IMG/VR virus record: IMGVR_UViG_3300033076_000654
Coordinates: 1 to 25,202 of that record
Length of the DNA stretch: 25,202 nucleotides
DNA from: a virus
Taxonomy: Duplodnaviria > Caudoviricetes
Direction: 5' to 3' (one strand)
Positions 1 to 7,450 of the stretch are shown piece after piece. The notes beneath the pieces were generated by a model. The model did no database searches, was not told the origin of the DNA, and worked only from the letters and a program-made list of their open reading frames with translations. The translations under genes were made by a program, and so were the position numbers. Every line of letters begins with the position of its first letter. Position 1 is the stretch's first letter.

Positions 1-1
1 A

Positions 2-52
2 TTTAGCTTTGCTGTTATTTTTTGCGTACGTTTCCATTCGAGTTATTACCAT
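2..52 (-). CDS. 5' fragment of the gene after the capsid gene (MVITRMETYAKNNSKAK..., runs off the window)
   Basis: ATG at 52-50 follows an A-rich spacer; the frame is open to the window edge. Confidence 0.5.
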   Translation of the reverse strand, partial: MVITRMETYAKNNSKAK

Positions 53-92
53 CGCTTTTCTTAATTTTTTTTGATTAAACTTCTTTTTATTG

Positions 93-132
93 TGAAATGA
101 ACCCGGAAACAATCGCCGCCGGGTTCATTTCA
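93..132 (-). terminator. Perfect 14-bp inverted repeat just after the capsid stop (3' stabiliser or weak terminator)
   Basis: TGAAATGAACCCGG (93-106) pairs with CCGGGTTCATTTCA (119-132) around a 12-nt loop. There is no clean U-tract on the minus strand. Confidence 0.65.
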
Positions 133-136
133 ATAA

Positions 137-1165
137 TTACGCGCAACCGACGATCGTTGAACAATCCTTGAAGTTGAACGTGTAATTTACGCCGTTGTTT
201 GGATCCCCAGCAGCGAACGCGTCGTTCGGAATGAAGAACAAATTCCAATGAAGTTGAAGTTTGATTTTCCAAGCGTCGGCGCAATCGTCGTAATGAACTT
301 TTAAGTCATAAGTCAACCCGGTGAAAGGATCCGTAATTGTTCCGTGTTCGAACATATCGTTGCGCTTTGCATATTCGCCGACGTACTTATTCCAAGTCAC
401 CAACTGAACCGCGCCGGGCGCAAGAACGATAAATTCACCGGCACCGATTGCACCTTCAACGAAGCGATCGTTGTAATATTGATAATCAACCCAACGCGAA
501 AGATCCGTTCCGGTTGCAGCGTTACAACAAGCGATTTGATTCACTTTCGCGAACAAATCCAAGTTTCCGCCGCCGATCATCATAGGCGCACCGCTTCCGC
601 CCACTTTGTCGTATTCGTGACGAATTTGAGCCGTTGCAATTGCGCGGCTTGCGTTTGAAGTGTCTTCAAACAATTTCACGGATTTTTGAGTTGTTCCGTC
701 TGCAAAGTCACCGAAATTTAAGGCTTGCAATCCCAACAATTGCTTATTCAAAGCAACGTTAACGGCGTTCATTTGCGACATAATAACCGAAGAAACCCAA
801 ACTTGATCACCTTCGCAAAGTTTGCGCATTTCGTCTTCTTGAAAAAGAAGTCCTTTTGTTTCGATACAACGATCAATTTCAACAATTTTTTCAAGTGGTG
901 TTCTTTCAACCGAAGTCGTGCAATCGTTTGAACAAGTTAAGTTCACTTCGCTTTCGGTGCCGCGAACGTGATAATTCACTTGAACGGCGCGATATTTTCC
1001 GTTCGTTGGAACCGGAATCATTTCAACGCCGGCGCGATTTTCTGCGCTCATTAAGGCGTCAAGATAGCCGACGCGATCGCGCTTCAAAGATGGGGCGTTT
1101 TGTCCAGCAACGTTGACAAGATCCGCTTGTAGTTTAGAGCAAAGCCCTTGTGTAAAAGTAGCCAT
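137..1165 (-). CDS. Major capsid protein (HK97-fold presumed), 342 aa
   Basis: Size and position after portal, MuF and scaffold. Flanked by structured intergenic hairpins and preceded by a long A-rich initiation region, as expected for a highly expressed gene. Contains 10 Cys. Confidence 0.8.
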   Translation of the reverse strand: MATFTQGLCSKLQADLVNVAGQNAPSLKRDRVGYLDALMSAENRAGVEMIPVPTNGKYRAVQVNYHVRGTESEVNLTCSNDCTTSVERTPLEKIVEIDRCIETKGLLFQEDEMRKLCEGDQVWVSSVIMSQMNAVNVALNKQLLGLQALNFGDFADGTTQKSVKLFEDTSNASRAIATAQIRHEYDKVGGSGAPMMIGGGNLDLFAKVNQIACCNAATGTDLSRWVDYQYYNDRFVEGAIGAGEFIVLAPGAVQLVTWNKYVGEYAKRNDMFEHGTITDPFTGLTYDLKVHYDDCADAWKIKLQLHWNLFFIPNDAFAAGDPNNGVNYTFNFKDCSTIVGCA

Positions 1166-1222
1166 TTTTTAATTTTTTTTTTTAAGTTGATTTTGAATTG
1201 ATTTGTTTCGGATCTGATCAAT

Positions 1223-1314
1223 AAAAAAGCCCTTCTTTTCGTGCAGCAATTGCGTTCGAAGAAAGGCTTTTGAATGAAAAGCCCGAATTTGCGCTTTTGG
1301 TTGCGCGAACCCGG
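1223..1314 (-). promoter_or_regulatory. Structured RNA leader between scaffold and capsid genes (three hairpins, one terminator-like)
   Basis: Hairpins at 1283-1314, 1265-1283 and 1225-1271, with a U6 tract at 1223-1228. Pairings were read directly from the sequence. Confidence 0.6.
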
Positions 1315-1349
1315 TTGATTGCGTTTGAAGCGCCGCCGCGCCGTTTTTT

Positions 1350-2180
1350 TTAATCTTTACCGAACGTCTTCATTGATTGAAGTTGTTCAATATTCGCTTG
1401 CGCTTTTTGAAGTCCGGGCAAGTTGAACTTTTGTTCGTTTGCCGTTGGGCTTCCGGTGCCGGCGTTTGTCGGTGCCGGCTTTGGTGTACCGGTTCCCGGC
1501 GTTCCGCCGTTGCTTTGCTTAATTACATTCAACGAAGTTAAATGATTGTCAAGCAATTCTTCGAAAGTCAAAGCCTTCGTTCCGTCTGAATTCAAAGGTT
1601 TCAAGCCGTTTTTCGTCTTGACTTCGAGTTCGCCGGAATCGGTGACGTCGATTTCATATTGCGAAGATAAGAAACTTTGAACCGCCGGCAATACAACTTC
1701 CGGCGAAACAATCAAAGATTTTTTCGACAATACGTTTCGAAGCGCTGAATCCTTTTTGAAAGTCTTGATTGTGTTTGTTGCTTCGGCTTCTTTTGCCGGA
1801 ATAACTTCTTCAATCAATCGCTTGTTTTCTTTGGTCAATTCGATCAACTTGTTTTGAAGTTCGCTTGCACCTTCGGCGCTTGTTGACTTCGCTTTTTCGT
1901 AAGCCGTCGAAATGATTTCGTCAAATTTTTTGTCTTTCAGATCTTCACTTGAAAGCCCGAAAGTTTTCTTGATCCGGTGTTCGATTTTTGAAAGTTCAGT
2001 TCCGCGAACTTCGTCTTTAATCGGTTGAATGAAGTCCGGATCGTTGGAAAAAACTTCTTTCATTGAAGACTTGAAACTTGACGTCAATTCGTCAATATTC
2101 ACTTCTTCTTCTGAATTTAATTTTTCAAGAATATCTTTCGACAATCCGATCTTTTTCAAGAATTGTTCCGCGTGTTTCAT
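1350..2180 (-). CDS. Capsid scaffolding protein, 276 aa
   Basis: K/E-rich helical, coiled-coil-like sequence with a G/P/T-rich flexible region near the C-terminus; directly upstream of the capsid gene. Confidence 0.8.
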   Translation of the reverse strand: MKHAEQFLKKIGLSKDILEKLNSEEEVNIDELTSSFKSSMKEVFSNDPDFIQPIKDEVRGTELSKIEHRIKKTFGLSSEDLKDKKFDEIISTAYEKAKSTSAEGASELQNKLIELTKENKRLIEEVIPAKEAEATNTIKTFKKDSALRNVLSKKSLIVSPEVVLPAVQSFLSSQYEIDVTDSGELEVKTKNGLKPLNSDGTKALTFEELLDNHLTSLNVIKQSNGGTPGTGTPKPAPTNAGTGSPTANEQKFNLPGLQKAQANIEQLQSMKTFGKD

Positions 2181-2185
2181 TGTTG

Positions 2186-2494
2186 TTATTTTTTAGATTT
2201 TGATTTTTTGGGCGCGTCTTCTTCGCTGGATCCTTCGCCTTCAATATCCAAAAAGTCACCGGTTGCCGGCGCTTCTTCGATTGATTGTTCGGGTTCCGGC
2301 ATTGTTGGAATTTCTTCTTCAACAACAACGTTCGCCGGAATCGGTGAAGGGGCTGAAGGCAATTCAATTTTTAAGTTGTCCGTGACAATTTCATAGTTTT
2401 TGAAAAGTCCGCCGGCTTTCAATTGTTTCAAAGTGTTTTCCGTAATTTCCGAAATCCTTCCGGTCTTTACATTTACGACGCGAATTTTGTTCAT
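2186..2494 (-). CDS. Hypothetical head-module protein, 102 aa (small N-terminal domain plus acidic/Pro-rich disordered tail)
   Basis: ATG with an A-rich leader and an upstream TATATTTG element; typical codon use; fills the gap between genes. Confidence 0.75.
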   Translation of the reverse strand: MNKIRVVNVKTGRISEITENTLKQLKAGGLFKNYEIVTDNLKIELPSAPSPIPANVVVEEEIPTMPEPEQSIEEAPATGDFLDIEGEGSSEEDAPKKSKSKK

Positions 2495-2517
2495 TGTGTT
2501 TTGAATTTGTATTTGTG

Positions 2518-2525
2518 CAAATATA
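2518..2525 (-). promoter_or_regulatory. Bacteroidota sigma70 -7 element TATATTTG for the scaffold/capsid transcript
   Basis: Matches TAnnTTTG in intergenic DNA, 23 nt upstream of ATG 2494. Confidence 0.65.
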
Positions 2526-2530
2526 GTAAA

Positions 2531-2755
2531 TTAACCGAAGACAATTTCGTCGTCAATCTTGACGATCAGATTGTCCGGATTTGTTTCGCCGTCTTGTTCA
2601 GCGTATTCGAAAACAAGTTCTTCGCCAACGGCAAGCGCTTTGTTCATTAAGTTGATCATTGTTGTTGAATCAACAACCGCCAAAAACGAAAGCGGCGATT
2701 CGGACGAAACAAACGTTTCGTTGTATCTTTTCAAAAGTTCAAAGAATTCTTTCAT
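2531..2755 (-). CDS. Small acidic protein, 74 aa; candidate immunity or inhibitor for the MuF-fused metallopeptidase
   Basis: Separated by 1 nt from the MuF fusion stop; 15 D/E versus 5 K/R; position is that of MuF toxin immunity genes. Confidence 0.6.
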   Translation of the reverse strand: MKEFFELLKRYNETFVSSESPLSFLAVVDSTTMINLMNKALAVGEELVFEYAEQDGETNPDNLIVKIDDEIVFG

Positions 2756-2756
2756 A

Positions 2757-4415
2757 TTATTTCAAAAGTTTTGAAGGCAAAAATTCTTTGACAACGTGTT
2801 CGAAATAATATTCATTCATTAAGTCGAACAATTCCGGGAATTCGTCGCGAAAGATCGGATTGTCAAGAAAGTAATTTTCAGAAGCGTGCGCGAAGAATTC
2901 CATTCGAGCCATTGAGCCGCGATTTTGTGTTTGATATTTTTTGCCGTGTCCGTAGCCGTATTTTGCACCGGTCAAGGCTTCGATTGTGTCAAGATAGGCG
3001 CCGACTAATTCGTCGATATACTTTTTCGGAATTTGCTTGTCGTATTTTTGATATGCCTTTTGATAAAAGTCATTCAAGTTTTGAAATCTTGTTTTGAAAT
3101 CTGAATCATTTTTCAAACGATCTGAAACAAGTTTTTTTGAATTCAAAAAGGCTTGTTCTGAAAAGTATTGATTGAAGTCGATATTGTGTCCGAACAAACG
3201 TCTTTCAAGGTGCAATCGGTGTCCGTATTCGTGAACAACAACCCTTAAAAGATTTTCATTTGAAGAATATCTTGATCCGGTTCCGACAACAACCTTTTTC
3301 GAACTTGGCGAATAGAACGCGCCGTCCGCTTTTACTCGATCAGTTCCGCGTTCAAAGGTTCCGTTGTCGGAAAGATCAAAAAGAACTTGCGGCAAGCCTT
3401 GAAGATTTTCAAGATCCTTCGGCGTCTTGCTGGATTTGTAAGTATAAAGATCTTTGATTTCTTGTTCTGCGCGCGGCTTGAAGACTTGCGATTGTTCCGG
3501 CTTTGCTTCTTGCGTCGCTTGTCCTTCTTGTTCCTTCAAGAACTTCTTCTTCATTGAAGGTGTCATTTTGAAAGGTATTGCGGAATGTCTGCAATTATAG
3601 CCGCCGCGATAAGTCGCGAAGGTTTCTTTGTTGGTTCCCGGAATCATTCCGGTTCCGTTGCTTATTGCCCAAGAAATTTCTTTTTCAAGTTCTTCTTTCA
3701 AGACAACGCCTTTTCCACTCCACCGGATACATTGCGCGCGCGAATCGTCGATCAAGGATCCGACGTATCTGAACGCGTCAAGTTCATATTCTTGCGCGAT
3801 CTTCGAATTGACTTGTCCGTCGAACTGATTCAACGCGTCGCGCGAAACTTGCGTAACATATCGACGAAGAAGCGAATTGCCGGCTTGCGTCGTTGTGATC
3901 CAAGTTCGAAGCGCGCTTTCAAGATCCGTGATTGTGGATCCTGCAACAATATTTTTGAATATCCCTTGTTTCACCGGTTCAATGAATGAAGTATTGACGC
4001 CGGATCCGGTCAAGCCGTCGATCGTTTGTTGTGTGATCGCTTTTTGAATCGGATTGATCAGATCTTCAAGTTCATTTTGTGAAAGATCGTTCACGGATTT
4101 TTGAACGTCAAAATTGAATTGCTTGATTGTTTGAAAGTTCCTTAAATAGGCTTTAATAGGCGGTGAATAAGCCTTCAATTGATTGACAATGATTTGATCG
4201 ACTTCGTTCAGCAAGTCAACGTTCTTGTCGTCAAAAATAAGATTGTTTCCGTCCTTGTTCATTTTGGAAACTTGACGACGAACCGCTTCGAAGATCTTGT
4301 CTTCGATCGGTGTCAAAGAATTCAACAAGTCCTTGTCGGCTTCGACAATTGCGTTTTCCTTCTTTGTCAATATCTTGATCACGGCGTCGTCAAAGCCGAA
4401 TTCGTCTTTTGCCAT
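2757..4415 (-). CDS. MuF / SPP1 gp7-like minor head protein with a C-terminal zincin metallopeptidase domain, 552 aa
   Basis: Follows the portal. MuF-type motifs DSRAQC and GGYNCRH (3585-3605), then a Q/E/K linker, then HEYGH (HExxH, 3219-3233) and a downstream EFFA (ExxA, 2889-2900). Confidence 0.85.
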   Translation of the reverse strand: MAKDEFGFDDAVIKILTKKENAIVEADKDLLNSLTPIEDKIFEAVRRQVSKMNKDGNNLIFDDKNVDLLNEVDQIIVNQLKAYSPPIKAYLRNFQTIKQFNFDVQKSVNDLSQNELEDLINPIQKAITQQTIDGLTGSGVNTSFIEPVKQGIFKNIVAGSTITDLESALRTWITTTQAGNSLLRRYVTQVSRDALNQFDGQVNSKIAQEYELDAFRYVGSLIDDSRAQCIRWSGKGVVLKEELEKEISWAISNGTGMIPGTNKETFATYRGGYNCRHSAIPFKMTPSMKKKFLKEQEGQATQEAKPEQSQVFKPRAEQEIKDLYTYKSSKTPKDLENLQGLPQVLFDLSDNGTFERGTDRVKADGAFYSPSSKKVVVGTGSRYSSNENLLRVVVHEYGHRLHLERRLFGHNIDFNQYFSEQAFLNSKKLVSDRLKNDSDFKTRFQNLNDFYQKAYQKYDKQIPKKYIDELVGAYLDTIEALTGAKYGYGHGKKYQTQNRGSMARMEFFAHASENYFLDNPIFRDEFPELFDLMNEYYFEHVVKEFLPSKLLK

Positions 4416-4419
4416 TCGT

Positions 4420-4427
4420 CAAATTTA
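4420..4427 (-). promoter_or_regulatory. TAAATTTG -7 element, 4 nt before the MuF ATG (overlaps the portal stop)
   Basis: Minus strand reads TAAATTTG-acga-ATG. Confidence 0.55.
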
Positions 4428-6347
4428 AGCAATTCCGCCCGGTGCCGCCTTTGGCGTTCCAAGAATTCGACGCGCTTTCGCTTCGTCAAATCCGTAAATT
4501 TCAACAAGCAAAGCGACGGCGCTTTCGAAGTCCGTTGTTCCGGCTGCGACTGATTGTTGAAGTTGAAGGATCCCTTGAACGCCCCCGACGGATCCTTTCA
4601 AGTTCGCCTTTGCTTCGGCTTCTTTGGCAAGAACTTCTTGATTGATTCCGAATTCTTGTCCGCCGGAAAGATCGATCACTTGCTTCGGGATATTTGATTC
4701 AAATATCGGAATCATTGCTTGATCCAGCGCCGCGAAAATATCGTTCAAATTTTGTTCAAGAAATTCGGTTCCGTTTTCTGCGATCAATTTCATTAAGGTC
4801 TTGTAAGAAAAAAGGGATTTCAAAAGATCTTCTTTCTTGATTGTTCCGGCTGCAACAAGTGCGGCTTTGTCGGACGCCTTCAAGTGATATATCGGATCGT
4901 AAGAAACAAGAACTTCAACGATTCTTGAAGTTGCTTTGTTGCCGGAAAAGCGCTTCTTCGCAAGATCCTTCGTCGCTTCAACAAGAAAAGCAACCGGCGC
5001 GTTCTTATCGGTCAACTTTGAAACTTCGTCAATCAAATCGGATTCGGTCTTCATTGAAAACGAAATCGGTTTCACAATTGTCGGATCCTTTGGATCTGAA
5101 ACGTTCCGATATTTTTCAATAAAGATCAAAGATTTGAAAATGATTTCGTCAAAAAGATTGTTCGAAATTTTTGTCAATTGGGCGAACGAATCTTCGCGAT
5201 CAATTTCTTTCGCCGTTCCGGATTGCGCTTCGTCGATTGTGTTTAAGTGAAGCGCTTCTTCGGCTTTCTTCAATAACGTTTCCCAAGCCTTGCCCGAATA
5301 TTCAATCACGCCAACGTCGGGCGAAATGAATCGAACAAGCGGATCGCTGGACGATTGATCAGTTCCAAAAGCGGCGCTTCCTTTTTCGCGTAAAAAAACG
5401 CCGTAAGGTGAACGCGAAACAACGCGTCCGGTTCCTTTACATTTTTTGCAAGATTCGGATTCTTCGCTTTCGGTATTGAAAACAATTCCTTCACGGCAAC
5501 CGGGCGCGTCGCAAGTTTCCGCGACTTCTTCGCGATAAGGAAAAGCGCTTGTTGTCATTACGCCTTGCCAATCGCTATATTGACGAATCGCTTCGTTTGC
5601 AAAAGGAACAAACGCGCTGAAATATGAATCGAAATATTTTTCGTGTGTTTGATCGCCGCCTAAAACACAACCCGGAATCGATCCGATTTCGTGAAGATAT
5701 ATCAATTCAACTGCGAACTTTCGATCGCGATCGTTGCCGTATTGCGTGTGACGATAAAAGCCTTCGCGCGTTAAAGTCAAATAAACGTCGCCTTCTTGAA
5801 CTTGCTTTCCGTTCTTTGTGATCCAAGATTTCGCGTCTTCGTCTTCCCAAGAAATCGCGTCTTTTGACAAGAATTTGATTTCGTCGGAATCTATTAAAAC
5901 CGGTTCAACTTCAACTTTTTGCGTCGGATCAATCAACCCTTCGCCCTTTGGGATCCAAACAAGCCAAGCGTTCGGATCTTCGATCATTCGCGGAACAATA
6001 AACTTTTGAATGTATGAATAAAAGAATTGATTGTCGAACTTCTTTTCATTCAGATAAACGGAAAGTTCGTCGGAAACTTGAATCGAAAAGTTCGCGTTTT
6101 GAAAGATCCGGAAAAGTTTATCGATCGCCCTTGTCATTGATCCCTTTGTGATCGGTTCGTAAATTGCAAGACGATATTTTTGAACGTCCGGATCTTCATT
6201 CGGACGGCGCTTTGTCAAGATTTCGCCCGGATCAGTTCCGCGCGTGTGAACAAACATTTTTTCGCGGACTTCAACCCACTTGTCGAAGTGCTTCGGTTTG
6301 AATTTTTTGTCGGCGATCAAGCCGTTGATTTCTTCGATTGTGATCAT
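4425..6347 (-). CDS. Portal protein, about 640 aa, with an inserted Cys4 zinc-finger-like segment
   Basis: Large helical protein immediately upstream of MuF. The start is moved to ATG 6347 because it forms an ATGA overlap with the upstream stop. Contains CDAPGC...CKKCKGTG. Confidence 0.8.
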   Translation of the reverse strand: MITIEEINGLIADKKFKPKHFDKWVEVREKMFVHTRGTDPGEILTKRRPNEDPDVQKYRLAIYEPITKGSMTRAIDKLFRIFQNANFSIQVSDELSVYLNEKKFDNQFFYSYIQKFIVPRMIEDPNAWLVWIPKGEGLIDPTQKVEVEPVLIDSDEIKFLSKDAISWEDEDAKSWITKNGKQVQEGDVYLTLTREGFYRHTQYGNDRDRKFAVELIYLHEIGSIPGCVLGGDQTHEKYFDSYFSAFVPFANEAIRQYSDWQGVMTTSAFPYREEVAETCDAPGCREGIVFNTESEESESCKKCKGTGRVVSRSPYGVFLREKGSAAFGTDQSSSDPLVRFISPDVGVIEYSGKAWETLLKKAEEALHLNTIDEAQSGTAKEIDREDSFAQLTKISNNLFDEIIFKSLIFIEKYRNVSDPKDPTIVKPISFSMKTESDLIDEVSKLTDKNAPVAFLVEATKDLAKKRFSGNKATSRIVEVLVSYDPIYHLKASDKAALVAAGTIKKEDLLKSLFSYKTLMKLIAENGTEFLEQNLNDIFAALDQAMIPIFESNIPKQVIDLSGGQEFGINQEVLAKEAEAKANLKGSVGGVQGILQLQQSVAAGTTDFESAVALLVEIYGFDEAKARRILGTPKAAPGGIA

Positions 6348-7432
6348 TTGCAATTTAGTGATTGTGAACAATTACAACGTTCGGCTTTGGCTTCAATAAA
6401 CCAATGTGAACCGATTTCATTGTTCTTTGAAATTTCGCCTTGAACTTGATATTCTTTGCCACCGATATAAACGTCGCGCCCGGCGAAGATAGTGACAAGC
6501 AACTTGACAAATCTTTGCGGCGCGTGCTGGCTTCGAAGCGTCCAATTTTCGCAAATTTGCGAAGCGGTTGTTTTTAGTGAAGTGTTAACGACTTGTTTTT
6601 GAAGATCAAAGTTGTCTTGTTCAAAAGAACCCGGAACCCGGATCGCGTTTGAATATTGAAACGGCGCGCCCCAATAAGCCGAAGAATTTGTTCCGTAATA
6701 AAGCCCGAAACAATCTTTTGAAGGGTAAATTGATTCGACAAGAATCGACTTCTTGCCATTGCTGCACTGAATAGCCTTAAAAGGTTCAGAACAAAAACAA
6801 ACAACTTGATCGCGATTGAAAGCGTAAGGCAAAGGAACGGCGCTTGTTGCAAAGCAAAATTTGAAATAAAAGCAATTGTCGCCGGTTTGTTGCAAGACAA
6901 GATTCGCGATTGCGTCAAGATCAAAACGGATTTGCTGAATCGAATTTGTCGATTCGGCGCCCGAATAATCGCTTGTTGTGTAAGTTCCGACGTAAGCGTC
7001 CAAAAACAAAGAATCAAACGTTTCTTCGTCTGAAACGCGAATCGCTTCGTCTTTACAACAAGAATAAATTTCAAAAGAACAAAAGCCTTCGTCAAGCGGC
7101 GCTTGCAATCCCGGATAAGTCCAGCCGTAAAACTTCGCGTTGTCTTTGATTTGATAGGGTTGTTGAAACTGAAAGTCAAACGTGTCATCGGATTCAAAAG
7201 GAATCCAAAAGGCGGAATCATTCGCGCAAAGATTGCAATTCCAAGAATCCGAACAATCACAAAGGATCAAGCCATTGTTGACGATCGCGAACGAACAATC
7301 GTCCGATCCGCCGCAAAGGATTTTCAAGTCTGAACAAAGAACCCTTGAATTCGGTTCTGGAAAGATACATTCCGGCGTTATATCGCAAAAGATCGCGTTT
7401 CCGGTTTGATATGAATTGAAAAGTTCAGCCAT
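6344..7432 (-). CDS. Cys-rich tail or tail-tip structural protein, 362 aa (possibly distal-tail-like)
   Basis: Lies in the tail module after the tape measure gene; beta-rich; 22 Cys counted. The specific role is inferred only. Confidence 0.55.
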   Translation of the reverse strand: MAELFNSYQTGNAIFCDITPECIFPEPNSRVLCSDLKILCGGSDDCSFAIVNNGLILCDCSDSWNCNLCANDSAFWIPFESDDTFDFQFQQPYQIKDNAKFYGWTYPGLQAPLDEGFCSFEIYSCCKDEAIRVSDEETFDSLFLDAYVGTYTTSDYSGAESTNSIQQIRFDLDAIANLVLQQTGDNCFYFKFCFATSAVPLPYAFNRDQVVCFCSEPFKAIQCSNGKKSILVESIYPSKDCFGLYYGTNSSAYWGAPFQYSNAIRVPGSFEQDNFDLQKQVVNTSLKTTASQICENWTLRSQHAPQRFVKLLVTIFAGRDVYIGGKEYQVQGEISKNNEIGSHWFIEAKAERCNCSQSLNCK

Positions 7433-7436
7433 TGCA

Positions 7437-7444
7437 CAAATTTA
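7437..7444 (-). promoter_or_regulatory. TAAATTTG -7 element, 4 nt before ATG 7432
   Basis: Minus strand reads TAAATTTG-tgca-ATG, within the intergenic gap. Confidence 0.6.
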
Positions 7445-7450
7445 ATAAAT

